NCBI GenBank assembly: GCA_964016885.1 | Contig: OZ024743.1 | Location: forward strand, 330,336,001-330,400,000 | DNA length: 64,000 nt | Source of the DNA: Eledone cirrhosa | Taxonomy: Eukaryota | Direction of reading: 5' to 3' | Part shown: positions 25,501 to 40,500 of the stretch, piece by piece | Position numbering within the stretch: the stretch's first letter is position 1 | Layout of the letters: each line of letters begins with the position of its first letter | Notes under the pieces: model-generated | Told to the model about the DNA's origin: nothing | What the model saw: the letters and a program-made list of their open reading frames with translations, nothing else | The model's database searches: none | Position numbers and translations under genes: made by a program

Positions 25501-28500
25501 GTGCTACTGTTGTTGTTGTTGTTACTACTGTGTTGCAATAGGTGCTACTGTTGTTGTTGTTACTACTGTGGTGCCATAGGTGCTACTGTTGTTGTTGTTA
25601 CTACTATGTTGCAATAGGTGCTACTGTTGTTGTTGTTGTTGTTGTTACTGTGTTGCAATAGGTGCTACTGTTGTTGTTCTTGTTACTACTGTGTTGCAAT
25701 AGGTGCTACTGTTGTTGTTGTTGTTGTTACTACTGTGTTGCAATAGGTGCTACTGTTGTTGTTGTTACTACTGTGTTGCAATAGGTGCTACTGTTGTTGT
25801 TGTTGTTACTACTGTGTTGCCATAGGTGCTACTGTTGTTGTTGTTACTACTATGTTGCAATAGGTGCTACTGTTGTTGTTGTTGTTGTTACTGTGTTGCA
25901 ATAGGTGCTACTGTTGTTGCTGTTACTACTGTGTTGCAATAGGTGCTACTGTTGTTGTTGTTACTGTGTTGCAATAGGTGCTACTGTTGTTGTTGTTGCT
26001 ACTAGTGTGTTGCAATAGGTGCTACTGTTGTTGTTGTTACTAATGTGTTACAATAGGTGCTACTATTGTTGTTGTGGTTACTACTGTGTTGCAATAGGTG
26101 CTACTGTTGTTGTTGTTATTACTGTGTTGCAATAGGTGCTACTGTTGTTGTTGTTACTACTGTGCTGCAATAGGTGTTACTGTTGTTGTTGTTACTACTG
26201 TGTTGCAATAGTTGCTATTGTTGTTGTTGTTGTTGTTACTAGTGTATTGCAATAGTGCTACTGTTGTTGTTATTACTACTGTGCTGCAATAGGTGTTACT
26301 GTTGTTGTTGTTACTACTGTGTTGCAATAGTTGCTATTGTTGTTGTTGTTGTTGTTACTAGTGTGTTGCAATAGTGCTACTGTTGTTGTTATTACTACTG
26401 TGCTGCAATAGGTGTTACTGTTGTTGTTACTACTGTGTTGCAATAGTTGCTATTGTTGTTGTTGTTGTTGTTACTAGTGTGTTGCAATAGTGCTACTGTT
26501 GTTGTTGTTACTACTGTGTTGCAATAGGTGCTACTGTTGTTGTTGTTGTTACTGTGTTGCAATAGGTGCTACTGTTGTTGTTGTTGCTACTAGTGTGTTG
26601 CAATAGGTGCTACTGTTGTTGTTGTTACTAATGTGTTACAATAGGTGCTACTATTGTTGTTGTGGTTACTACTGTGTTGCAATAGGTGCTACTGTTGTTG
26701 TTGTTGCTACCGTGTTGCAATAGGTGCCGCTGTTGTTGTTGTTGTTACTGTGTTGTAATAGGTGCTACTGTTGTTGGTGTTACTACTGTGTTGCAATAGG
26801 TGCTACTGTTGTTGTTGCGACTACTGTGTTGCTATAGGTGCTACTGTTGTGGTTGTTGTTACTACTTTGTTGCAATAGGTGCTACTGTTGTTGTATTTGT
26901 TACTACTGCGTTGCAATAGGTGCTACTGTTGTTGGTGTTGTTACTGTGTTGCAATAGGTGCTACTGTTGTTGTTGTTGTTGTTACTGTGTTGCAATAGGT
27001 GCTACTGTTGTTGTTGTGGTTACTGTGTTGCAATAGGTGCTACTGTTGTTGTTATTACTAGTGTGTTGCAATAGGTGTTACTGTTGTTGTTATTACTACT
27101 GTGTTGCAATAGTTGCTACTGATGTTGTTGTTGTTGCTACTAGTGTGTTGCAATAGGTGCTACTGTTGTTGTTATTACTACTGTGTTGCAATAGGTGTTA
27201 CTGTTGTTGTTGTTACTACTGTGTTGCAATAGTTGCTACTGTTGTTGTTGTTGTTGTTGTTGCTACTAGTGTGTTGCAATAGGTGCTACTGTTGTTGTTG
27301 TTACTACTGTGTTGCAATAAGTGCTACTGTTGTTGTTACTACTGTGTTGCAATAGGTGCTACTGTTGTTGTTGCTACTACTGTGTTGCAATAGGTGCTAC
27401 TGTTGTTGTTGTTCTTACTGTGTTGCAATAGGTGCTACTGTTGTTGTTGTTGTTACTGTGTTGCAATAGGTGCGACTGTTGTTGTTGTTGTTGCTACTGT
27501 GTTACAATAGATGTTACTGTTGTTGTTGTTACTACTGTGTTGCAATAGGTGCCACTGTTGTTGTTGTTGTTTATTACTAGTGTGTTGCAATAGGTGCTAC
27601 TGTTGTTGTTGTTGCTACTGTGTTGCAATAGGTGCTACTGTTGTTGTTGTTGTTGTTACTAATGTGTTGCAATAGGTGCTAATGTTGTTGTTGTTGTTGT
27701 TACTACTGTGTTGTAATAGATGCTACTGTTGTTGTTGTTATTACTGTGTTGCAATATGTGCTACTGTTGTTGTTGTTACTACTGTGTTGCAATAGGTGCG
27801 ACTGTTGTTGTTGTTGTTGCTACTGTGTTACAATAGATGTTACTGTTGTTGTTGTTACTACTGTGTTGCAATAGGTGCTACTGTTGTTGTTGTTGTTTAT
27901 TACTAGTGTGTTGCAATAGGAGCTACTGTTGTTGTTGTTACTACTGTGTTGCAATAGGTGCTACTGTTGTTGTTGTTGCTACTACTGTGTTGCAATATGT
28001 GCTACTGTTGTTGTTGTTACTACTGTGTTGCAATAGGTGCTACTGTTGTTGTTATTACTACTGTGTTGCAATAGGTGCTAGTGTTGGTGTTGTTGTTACT
28101 GTGTTGCAATAGGTGCTACTGTTGTTGTTGTTACTACTGTGTTGTAATAGGTGATACTGTTGTTGTTGTTACTACTGTGTTGCAATAGGTGTTACTGTTG
28201 TTGTTGTTGCTACTGTGTTGCAATAGGTGCTACTGTTGTTGTTGTTATTATTGTGTTGCAATAGGTGCTTCTGTTGTTGTTGCTACTACTGTGTTGCAAT
28301 AGGTGCTTCTGTTGTTGTTGTTACTACTGTGTTGCAATAGGTGCTAGTGTTGTTGTTGTTGTTACTGTGTTGCAACAGGTGCTACTGTTGTTGTGATTGT
28401 TAGTACTGTGTTGCAATAGGTGCTACTGTTGTTGTTGCTACTACTGTGTTGCAATAGGTGCTACTGTTGTGGTTGTTACTACTATGTTGCAATAGGTGCT

Positions 28501-31500
28501 ACTGTTGTTGTTGTTGTTGTTGTTGTTACTGTATGGCAATAGGTGCTACTCTTGTTGTTGTTGTTACTGTGTTGCAATAGGTGCTACTGTTGTTGTTGTT
28601 GTTGTTACTGTATGGCAATAGGTACTACTGTTGTTGTTGTTACTGTGTTGCAATAGGTGCTACTGTTGTTGTTGTTGTTACTACTGTGTTGCAATAGGTG
28701 CTACTGTTGTTGTTACTACTGTGTTGCAATAGGTGCTACTGTTCTTCTTATTGTTACTGTGCTGAAATAGGTGCTACCGTTGTTGTTGTTACTGTGTTGC
28801 AACATGTGATACTGTTGTTGTTGTTGTTGCTACTGTGTTGCAATAGGTGCTACTGTTGTTGTTGTTGTTACTGTGTTGCAATAGTTGCTACTGTTATTGT
28901 TGTTGCTACTACTGGGTTGCAATAGGTGCTACTGTTGTTGTTGTTGCTACTACTGTGTTGCAATAGGTGCTACTGTTGTTGTTGCTACGACTGTGTTGCA
29001 ATAGGTGCTACTGTTGTTGTTGTTGTTACTGTATTGCAATAGGTGCCACTGTTGTTGTTGTTGCTACTACTTTGTTGCAATAGGTGCTACTGTTGTTGTT
29101 GTTGTTTCTGTGTTGCTATAGGTGCTACTGCTGTTGCTGTTGTTACTACTGGATTGCAATAGGTGCTACTGTTGTTGTTGCGAATACTGTGTTGCAATCG
29201 GTGCTACTGTTGTTATTGTTGTTGTTACTACTGTGTTGCAATAGGTGCTACTGTTGTTGTTGTTGTTGCTGTGTTGCTATAGGTGCTACTGTTGTTGTTG
29301 TTATCACTACTGTGTTGCAATAGGTGCTACTGTTGTTGTTGTTGTTGTTACTACTCTGTTGAAATAGGTGCTACTGTTGTTGTAGTTGTTACTGCTGTGT
29401 TGCAATAGTGCTACTGTTGTTGTTGTTGTTGTTGTTCCTATTGTGTTGCAATAGGTGCTACTGTTGTTGTTTTTACTACTGTGTTGCAATAGGTGCTACT
29501 GTTGTTGTTGTTGTTACTACTGTCTTGCAATAGTGCTACTGTTTTTGTTGTTACTACTGTGTTGCAATAGGTGCTATTGTTGTTGTTGTTGTTACTACTG
29601 TGTTGCAATAGGTGCTACTGGTGTTGTTGCTACAACTGTGTTGCAATAGGTGCTACTGTTGTTGTTGTTGTTACTACTGTGTTGCAATAATTCTACTGTT
29701 GTTGTTGTTACTACTGTGTTGCAATAGGTGCTACTGTTGTTTTTCTTGTTGCTACTACTGTATTGCAATAGGTGCTACTGTTGTTGTTGTTACTACTGTG
29801 TTGCAATAGGTGCTACTGTTGTTGTATTTGTTACTACTGTGTTGCAATAGGTGCTACTGTTGTTGTTGCTACTACTGTGTTGCAATAGGTGCTACTGTTA
29901 TTGTTGTTGCTACTGTGTTGCAATATGTGCTACTGTTGTTGTTGTTACTACTGTGTTGCAATAGGTGCTACTGTTGTTTTTCTTGTTGCTACTACTGTAT
30001 TGCAATAGGTGCTACTGTTGTTGTATTTGTTACTACTGTGTTGCAATAGGTGCTACTGTTGTTGTTGTTACTACTGTGTTGCAATAGGTGCTACTGTTGT
30101 TGTTGTTGTTTATTACTAGTGTTTTCCAATAGGAGCTACTGTTGTTGTTATTACTACAGTGTTGCAATAGTTGCTACTGTTGTTGTTGTTGTTGTTGCTA
30201 CTAGTGTGTTGCAATAGGTGCTACAGTTGTTGTTATTAGTACTGTGTTGCAATAGGTGCTACTGTTGTTGTTGTTACTACTTTGTTGCAATAGATGCTGC
30301 TGTTGTTGTTGTTGTTGCTTCTAGTGTGTTGCAATAGGTGTTATTGTTGTTGTTATTACTACTGTGTTGCAATAGGTGCTACTGTTGTTGCTGTTGTTGC
30401 TACTGTGTTGCAATAGGTGCTACTGTTGTTGTTGTTACTACTGTGTTGCAATAGGTGCTACTGTTGTTGTTGTTATTACTACTGTGTTGCAATAGGTGCT
30501 ACTGTTGTTGTTGTTCTTACTACTGTGTTGCAATAGGTGCTACTGTTGTTGTTGTTGTTACTACTGTGTTGCAATAGTGCTACTGTTGTTGTTGTTGTTA
30601 GTACTGTGTTGCAATAGGTGCTACTGTTGTTGGTGTTGTTACTGCTGTGTTGCAATAGGTGCTACTGTTGTTGTTGTTACTGTGTTGCTATAGGTGCTAC
30701 TGTTGTTGTTGTTATTACTACTGTGTTGCAATAGGTGCTACTGTTGTTGTTGTTGTTGTTACTACTGTGTTGAAATAGGTGCTACTGTTGTTGTTGTTAC
30801 TGTGTTGCTATAGGTGCTACTGTTGTTGTTGTTATTACTACTGTGTTGCAATAGGTGCTACTGTTGTTGTTGTTATTACTACTGTGTTGCAATAGGTGCT
30901 ACTGTTGTTGTTGTTATTACTACTGTGTTGCTATATGTGCTACTGTTGATGTTGTTATTACTACTGTGTTGCAATAGGTGCTACTGTTGTTGTTGTTCTT
31001 ACTACTGTGTTGAAATAGGTGCTACTGTTGTTGTTGTTGTTACTACTGTGTTGCAATAGTGCTACTGTTGTTGTTGTTACTACTGTGTTGCAATAGGTGC
31101 AACTGTTGTTGTTGTTACTACTGTGTTGCCATAGGTGCTACTGTTGTTGTTGTTGTTACTACTGTGTTGCAATAGTGCTACTGTTGTTGTTGTTACTACT
31201 GTGTTGCAATAGGTGCTACTGTTGTTGTTGTTACTACTGTGTTGCCATAGGTGCTACTGTTGTTGTTGTTGTTGTTACTACTGTGTTGCAATAGTGCTAT
31301 TGTTGTTGTTGTTACTACTGTGTTGCCATAGGTGCTACTGTTGTTGTTGTTGTTGTTACTGTGTTGCAATAGGTGCTACTGTTGTTGTTGTTGTTGCTAC
31401 TAGTGTGTTGCAATAGGTGCTACTGTTGTTGTTGTTACTGTGTTGCAATAGGTGCCTCTGTTGTTATTGTTACTACTGTGATACAATAGGTGCGACTGTT

Positions 31501-34500
31501 GTTGTTGTTACTACTGTGTTGCCATAGGTGCTACTGTTGTTGTTGTTGTACTGTGTTGCAACAGGTGCTACTGTTGTTGTTGTTGTTGTTGCTACTAGTG
31601 TGTTGCAATAGGTGCTACTGTTGTTGTTGTTGTTACTAGTGTGTTGCAATAGGTGCTACTGTTGTTGTTGTTACTACTGTGTTGCAATAGGTGCTACTGT
31701 TGTTGTTGCTACTGTGTTGCAATAGGTGCTACTGTTGTTGTTGTTGTTACTACTGTGTTGCAATAGGTGCTACTGTTGTTGTTGTTGTTACTACTGTGTT
31801 GCAATAGGTGCTACTGTTGTTGCTGTTTTTGCTACTGTGTTGCAATAGGTGCTACTGTTGTTGTTGTTCTTACTACTGTGTTGAAATAGGTGCTACTGTT
31901 GTTGGTGTTGTTACTGCTGTGTTGCAATAGGTGCTACTGTTGTTGTTGTTACTACTGTGTTGCCATAGGTGCAACTGTTGTTGTTGTTGTTACTGTGTTG
32001 CAATAGGTGCTACTGTTGTTGTTGCTAATAGTGTGTTGCAATAGGTGTGACTGTTGTTGTTGTTGTTGTTACTGTGTTGCAACAGGTGCTACTGTTTTTG
32101 TTGTTTTTTCTACTAGTGTGTTACAACAGGTGCTACTGTTGTTGTTATTACTACTGTGTTGCAATAGGTGCTACTGTTGTTGTTATTACTACTGTGTTGC
32201 AATAGGTGTTACTGTTGTTGTTGTTACTACTGTGTTTCAATAGTTGCTTGTGTTGTTGTTGTTGTTGCTACTAGTGTGTTGCAATAGGTGCTACTGTTGT
32301 TGTTATTACTACTGTGTTGCAATAGGTGCTACTGTTGTTGTTGTTACTACTGTGTTGCAATAGGTGCTACTGTTGTTGTTGTTGCTACTGTGTTGCAATA
32401 GGTGCTACTGTTGTTGTTGTTGTTACTACTGTGTTGCAATAGGTGCTACTGTTGTTGTTGTTACTACTGTGTTGCAATAGGTGCTACTGTTGTTGTTGCT
32501 ACTAGTGTGTTGCAATAGGTTCTACTTTTGTTGTTATTACTACTGTGTTGTAATAGGTGCTACTGTTGTTGTTGTTACTACTGTGTTGCAATAGGTGCTA
32601 CTGTTGTTGTTGTTGCTACTGTGTTGCATTAGGTGCTACTGTTGTTGTTGTTGTTACTACTGTGTTGCAATAGGTGCTACTGTTGTTGTTGCTACTACTG
32701 TGTTGCAATAGGTGCTACTGTTGTTGTTGTTGCTACTGTGTTGCAATAGGTGCTACTGTTGTTGTTGTTACTACTGTGTTGCAATAGGTGCTACTGTTGT
32801 TGCTGTTGTTACTACTGTGTTGCAATAGGTGCTACTGTTGTTGTTGTTACTACTGTGTTGCAATAGGTGCTACTTTTATTGTTGTTGCTACTACTGTGTT
32901 GCAATAGGTGCTACTGTTGTTGTTGTTGCTACTACTGTGTTGCAATAGGTGCTACTGTTGTTGTTGTTGTTACTACTGTGTTGCAATAGGTGCTACTGTT
33001 GTTGTTGTTGTTACTGTGTTGCAATAGGTGCTACTGTTGTTGTTGTTGCTACTATTGTGTTGCAATAGGTGCTACTGTTGTTGTTGTTGTTACTACTGTG
33101 TTGCAATAGGTGCTACTGTTGTTGTTGCGACTACTGTGTTGCAATCGGTGCTACTGTTGTTGTTGTTGTTGTTACTACTACTGTGTTGCAATAGGTGCTA
33201 CTGTTGTTGTTGTTTTTACTGTGTTGCTATAGGTGCTACTGCTGTTGTTGTTACTACTGTGTTGCAATAGGTGCTACTGTTGTTGTTGTTGTTACAACTC
33301 TGTGGCCATAGGTGCTACTGTTGTTGTTGTTACTACTGTGTTGCAATAGGTGCTACTGTTGTTGTTGTTGTTGTTACTGTGTTGCAATAGGTGCTACTGC
33401 TGTTGTTGTTACTACTGTGTTGTAATAGGTGCTGCTGTTGTTGTTGTTGTTGTTACTGTGTTGCAATAGTTGCTACTGTTGTTGTTGTTACTACTGTGTT
33501 GCAATAGGTGCTACTGTTGTTGTTGTTGTTGTTGTTACTGTGTTGCAATACTTGCTACTGTTGTTGTTGTTACTACTGTGTTGCAATAGGTGCTACTGTT
33601 GTTGTTGTTGTTACTACTGTGTTGCAATAGGTGCTACTGTTGTTGTTGTTACTACTGTGTTGCAATAGGTGCTACTGTGGTTGTTGTTACTACTGTGTTG
33701 CAATAGGTGCTACTGTTGTTGTTGTTGTTACTACTGTGTTGCAATAGGTGCTACTGTTGTTGTTGTTACTACTGTGTTGCAATAGGTGCTACTGTTGTTG
33801 TTGTTGTTGTTACTATGTTGCAATAGTTGCTACTGTTGTTCTTGTTACTACTGTGTTGCAATAGGTGCTACTGTTGTTGTTGTTGTTGTTACTGTGTTGC
33901 AATAGTTGCTACTGTTGTTGTTGTTACTACTGTGTTGCAATAGGTGCTACTTTTGTTGTTGTTGTTACTACTGTGTTGCAATAGGTGCTACTGTTGTTGT
34001 TGTTACTACTGTGTTGCAATAGGTGCTACTTTTGTTGTTGTTGTTACTACTGTGTTGCAATAGGTGCTACTGTTGTTGTTGTTACTACTGTGTTGCAATA
34101 GGTGCTACTTTTGTTGTTGTTGTTACTACTGTGTTGCAATAGGTGCTACTGTTGTTGTTGTTACTACTGTGTTGCAATAGCTGCTACTTTTGTTGTTGTT
34201 GTTACTACTGTGTTGCAATAGGTGCTACTGTTGTTGTTGTTACTACTGTGTTGCAATAGGTGCTACTGTTGTTGTTGTTGTTGTTACTGTGTTGCAATAG
34301 GTGCTACTGTTGTTGTTGCTGTTACTACTGTGTTGCAATAGGTGCTACTGTTGTTGTTGTTACTACTGTGTTGCAATAGGTGCTACTTTTGTTGTCGTTG
34401 TTACTACTGCGTTGCAATAGGTGCTACTGTTGTTGTTGTTACTACTGTGTGGCAATAGGTGCTACTGTTGTTTTTGTTACTACTGTGTTGCAATTGGTGC

Positions 34501-37500
34501 TACTGTTGTTGTTGTTATTACTGTGTTGCAATAGGTGCTACTGTTGTTGTTGTTACTACTGTGTTGCAATAGGTGCTACTGTTGTTGTTGTTGTTGTTGT
34601 TACTGTGTTGCAATAGGTGCTACTGTTGTTGTTGTTACTACTGTGTTGCAATAGCTGCTACTGTTGTTGTTGTTACTACTGTGTTGCAATAGGTGCTACT
34701 GTTGTTGTTGTTGTTACTACTGTGTTGCAATAGGTGCTACTGTTGTTGTTGTTACTACTGTGTTGCAATAGGTGCTACTGTTGTTGTTACTGTGTTGCAA
34801 TAGGTCCTACTGTTGTTGTTGTTACTACTGTTTTGCAATAGGTGCTACTGTTGTTGTTGTTACTACTGTTTTGCAATAGGTGCTACTGTTGTTGTTGTTA
34901 CTACTGTGTTGCAATAGGTCCTACTGTTGTTGTTGTTACTACTGTTTTGCAATAGGTGCTACTGTTGTTGTTGTTACTACTGTTTTGCAATAGGTGCTAC
35001 TGTTGTTGTTGTTGCTACTGTGTTGCAATTGGTGCTACTGTTGTTGTTGTTGTTACTACTGTGTTGCAATTGGTGCTACTGTTGTTGTTGTTATTACTGT
35101 GTTGCAATAGGTCCTACTGTTGTTGTTGTTACTACTGTGTTGCAATAGGTCCTACTGTTGTTGTTGTTACTACTGTGTTGCAATAGGTGCTACTGTTGTT
35201 GTTGTTACTACTGTTTTGCAATAGGTGCTACTGTTGTTGTTGTTACTACTGTTTTGCAATAGGTGCTACTGTTGTTGTTATTACTACTGTGTTGCAATAA
35301 GTGCTACTGTTGTTGTTGTTGTTACTACTGTTTTGCAATAGGTGCTACTGTTGTTGTTGTTACTACTGTGTTGCAATTGGTGCTACTGTTGTTGTTGTTA
35401 CTACTGTGTTGCAATAGGTCCTACTGTTGTTGTTGTTACTACTGTTTTGCAATAGGTGCTACTGTTGTTGTTGTTACTACTGTTTTGCAATAGGTGCTAC
35501 TGTTGTTGTTGTTACTACTGTGTTGCAATAGGTCCTACTGTTGTTGTTGTTACTACTGTGTTGCAATAGGTCCTACAGTTGTTGTTGTTACTACTGTTTT
35601 GCAATAGGTGCTACTGTTGTTGTTGTTACTACTGTTTTGCAATAGGTGCTACTGTTGTTGTTGTTACTACTGTTTTGCAATAGGTGCTACTGTTGTTGTT
35701 GTTACTACTGTTTTGCAATAGGTGCTACTGTTGTTGTTGTTACTACTGTGTTGCAATAGGTGCTACTGTTGTTGTTGTTACTACTACTGTGTTGCAATAG
35801 GTGCTACTGTTGTTGTTGTTACTACTACTGTGTTGCAATAGGTGCTACTGTTGTTGTTGTTACTACTGTTTTGCAATAGGTGCTACTGTTGTTGTTGTTA
35901 CTACTGTGTTGCAATAGGTGCTACTGTTGTTGTTGTTACTACTGTTTTGCAATAGGTGCTACTGTTGTTGTTGTTACTACTGTGTTGCAATAGGTGCTAC
36001 TGTTGTTGTTGTTACTACTACTGTGTTGCAATAGGTGCTACTGTTGTTGTTGTTACTACTACTGTGTTGCAATAGGTGCTACTGTTGTTGTTGTTACTAC
36101 TACTGTGTTGCAATAGGTGCTACTGTTGTTGTTGTTACTACTGTTTTGCAATAGGTGCTACTGTTGTTGTTGTTACTACTGTGTTGCAATAGGTGCTACT
36201 GTTGTTGTTGTTACTACTACTGTGTTGCAATAGGTGCTACTGTTGTTGTTGTTACTACTACTGTGTTGCAATAGGTGCTACTGTTGTTGTTGTTACTACT
36301 GTTTTGCAATAGGTCCTACTGTTGTTGTTGTTACTACTGTGTTGTAATAGGTCCTACTGTTGTTGTTGTTACTACTGTGTTGCAATAGGTCCTACTGTTG
36401 TTGTTCTTACTACTGTGTGGCAATAGGTCCTACTGTTGTTGTTGTTACTACTGTGTTGCAATAGGTGCTACTGTTGTTGTTGTTATTACTGTGTTGCAAT
36501 AGGTGCTACTGTTGTTGTTGTTACTACTGTGTTGCAATAGGTGCTACTGTTGTTGTTGTTACTACTGTGTTGCAATAGGTGCTACTGTTGTTGTTGTTAC
36601 TACTGTGTTGCAATTGGTGCTACTGTTGTTGTTGTTACTACTGTTTTGCAATAGGTGCTACTGTTGTTGTTGTTACTACTGTTTTGCAATAGGTCCTACT
36701 GTTGTTGTTGTTACTACTGTGTTGCAATAGGTGCTACTGTTGTTGTTGTTACTACTGTGTTGCAATAGGTGCTACTGTTGTTGTTGTTACTACTGTGTTG
36801 CAATAGGTCCTACTGTTGTTGTTGTTACTACTGTGTTGCAATTGGTGCTACTGTTGTTGTTGTTATTACTGTGTTGCAATAGGTCCTACTGTTGTTGTTG
36901 TTAGTACTGTGTTGCAATAGGTCCTACTGTTGTTGTTGTTACTACTGTGTTGCAATAGGTGCTACTGTTGTTGTTGTTACTACTGTGTTGCAATAGGTGC
37001 TACTGTTGTTGTTGTTACTACTGTGTTGCAATTGGTGCTACTGTTGTTGTTGTTATTACTGTGTTGCAATAGGTGCTACTGTTGTTGTTGTTACTACTGT
37101 GTTGCAATAGGTGCTACTGTTGTTGTTGTTGCTACTGTGTTGCAATTGGTGCTACTGTTGTTGTTGTTACTACTGTGTTGCAATAGGTGCTACTGTTGTT
37201 GTTGTTACTACTGTGTTGCAATAGGTCCTACTGTTGTTGTTGTTACTACTGTTTTGCAATAGGTGCTACTGTTGTTGTTGTTACTACTGTTTTGCAATAG
37301 GTGCTACTGTTGTTGTTGTTACTACTGTGTTGCAATAGGTGCTACTGTTGTTGTTGTTACTACTGTTTTGCAATAGGTCCTACTGTTGTTGTTGTTACTA
37401 CTGTTTTGCAATAGGTGCTACTGTTGTTGTTGTTACTACTGTGTTGCAATAGGTCCTACTGTTGTTGTTGTTACTACTGTTTTGCAATAGGTGCTACTGT

Positions 37501-40500
37501 TGTTGTTGTTATTACTGTGTTGCAATAGGTGCTACTGTTGTTGTTGTTACTACTGTTTTGCAATAGGTGCTACTGTTGTTGTTGTTATTACTGTGTTGCA
37601 ATAGGTGCTACTGTTGTTGTTGTTACTACTGTGTTGCAATAGGTGCTACTGTTGTTGTTGTTGCTACTGTGTTGCAATTGGTGCTACTGTTGTTGTTGTT
37701 ACTACTGTGTTGCAATAGGTGCTACTGTTGTTGTTGTTACTACTGTGTTGCAATAGGTCCTACTGTTGTTGTTGTTACTACTGTTTTGCAATAGGTGCTA
37801 CTGTTGTTGTTGTTACTACTGTTTTGCAATAGGTGCTACTGTTGTTGTTGTTACTACTGTGTTGCAATAGGTGCTACTGTTGTTGTTGTTATTACTGTTT
37901 TGCAATAGGTGCTACTGTTGTTGTTGTTATTACTGTGTTGCAATAGGTGCTACTGTTGTTGTTGTTACTACTGTGTTGCAATAGGTGCTACTGTTGTTGT
38001 TGTTGCTACTGTGTTGCAATTGGTGCTACTGTTGTTGTTGTTACTACTGTGTTGCAATAGGTGCTACTGTTGTTGTTGTTACTACTGTGTTGCAATTGGT
38101 GCTACTGTTGTTGTTGTTACTACTGTTTTGCAATAGGTGCTACTGTTGTTGTTGTTACTACTGTGTTGCAATAGGTCCTACTGTTGTTGTTGTTATTACT
38201 GTTTTGCAATAGGTCCTACTGTTGTTGTTGTTACTACTGTGTTGCAATAGGTGTTACTGTTGTTGTTGTTATTACTGTGTTGCAATAGGTGCTACTGTTG
38301 TTGTTGTTACTACTGTGTTGCAATAGGTCCTACTGTTGTTGTTGTTACTACTGTGTTGCAATAGGTCCTACTGTTGTTGTTGTTACTACTGTTTTGCAAT
38401 AGGTGCTACTGTTGTTGTTGTTACTACTGTGTTGCAATAGGTCCTACTGTTGTTGTTGTTACTACTGTTTTGCAATAGGTGCTACTGTTGTTGTTGTTAC
38501 TACTGTGTTGCAATAGGTCCTACTGTTGTTGTTGTTACTACTGTTTTGCAATAGGTGCTACTGTTGTTGTTGTTACTACTGTGTTGCAATAGGTGCTACT
38601 GTTGTTGTTGTTACTACTGTTTTGCAATAGGTCCTACTGTTGTTGTTGTTACTACTGTTTTGCAATAGGTGCTACTGTTGTTGTTGTTACTACTGTGTTG
38701 CAATAGGTGCTACTGTTGTTGTTGTTATTACTGTTTTGCAATAGGTGCTACTGTTGTTGTTGTTACTACTGTTTTGCAATAGGTGCTACTGTTGTTGTTG
38801 TTACTACTGTGTTGCAATAGGTCCTACTGTTGTTGTTGTTACTACTGTTTTGCAATAGGTGCTACTGTTGTTGTTGTTACTACTGTTTTGCAATAGGTGC
38901 TACTGTTGTTGTTGTTACTACTGTGTTGCAATAGGTGCTACTGTTGTTGTTGTTACTACTGTGTTGCAATAGGTCCTACTGTTGTTGTTGTTACTACTGT
39001 TTTGCAATAGGTGCTACTGTTGTTGTTGTTACTACTGTGTTGTAATAGGTGCTACTGTTGTTGTTGTTATTACTGTGTTGCAATAGGTGCTACTGTTGTT
39101 GTTGTTACTACTGTGTTGCAATAGGTGTTACTGTTGTTGTTGTTATTACTGTGTTGCAATAGGTGCTACTGTTGTTGTTGTTACTACTGTGTTGCAATAG
39201 GTGCTACTGTTGTTGTTGTTACTACTGTTTTGCAATAGGTGCTACTGTTGTTGTTGTTACTACTGTGTTGTAATAGGTGCTACTGTTGTTGTTGTTATTA
39301 CTGTGTTGCAATAGGTGCTACTGTTGTTGTTGTTACTACTACTGTGTTGCAATAGGTGCTACTGTTGTTGTTGTTACTACTGTGTTGTAATAGGTGCTAC
39401 TGTTGTTGTTGTTACTACTGTGTTGCAATAGGTGCTACTGTTGTTGTTGTTACTACTACTGTGTTGCAATAGGTGCTACTGTTGTTGTTGTTACTACTGT
39501 GTTGTAATAGGTGCTACTGTTGTTGTTGTTACTACTGTGTTGCAATAGGTGTTACTGTTGTTGTTGTTATTACTGTGTTGCAATAGGTGCTACTGTTGTT
39601 GTTGTTACTACTGTGTTGCAATAGGTGCTACTGTTGTTGTTGTTACTACTGTGTTGCAATAGGTGCTACTGTTGTTGTTGTTACTACTGTGTTGCAATAG
39701 GTCCTACTGTTGTTGTTGTTACTACTGTTTTGCAATAGGTGCTACTGTTGTTGTTGTTGTTGTTGTTACTGTGTTGCAATAGGTGCTACTGTTGTTGTTG
39801 TTACTGTGTTGCAATAGGTGTTACTGTTGTTGTTGTTACTACTGTGTTGCGATAGGTGCTACTGTTGTTGTTGTTACTGTGTTGCAATAGGTGCTACTGT
39901 TGTTGTTGTTACTACTGTGTTGCGATAGGTGCTACTGTTGTTGTTGTTACTGTGTTGCAATAGGTGCTACTGTTGTTGTTGTTACTGTGTTGCAATAGGT
40001 GCTACTGTTGTTGTTGTTACTACTGTGTTGCGATAGGTGCTACTGTTGTTGTTGTTGTTACTGTGTTGCAATAGGTGCTACTGTTGTTGTTGTTACTGTG
40101 TTGCAATAGGTGCTACTGTTGTTGTTGTTGTTGTTGTTACTGTGTTGCAATAGGTGCTACTGTTGTTGTTGTTACTGTGTTGCAATAGGTGCTACTGTTG
40201 TTGTTGTTACTACTGTGTTGCGATAGGTGCTACTGTTGTTGTTGTTGTTACTACTGTGTTGCAATAGGTGCTACTGTTGTTGTTATTACTACTGTGTTGC
40301 AATAGGTCCTACTGTTGTTGTTGTTACTACTGTTTTGCAATAGGTGCTACTGTTGTTGTTGTTGTTGTTGTTACTGTGTTGCAATAGGTGCTACTGTTGT
40401 TGTTGTTACTGTGTTGCAATAGGTGCTACTGTTGTTGTTGTTACTACTGTGTTGCGATAGGTGCTACTGTTGTTGTTGTTGTTACTGTGTTGCAATAGGT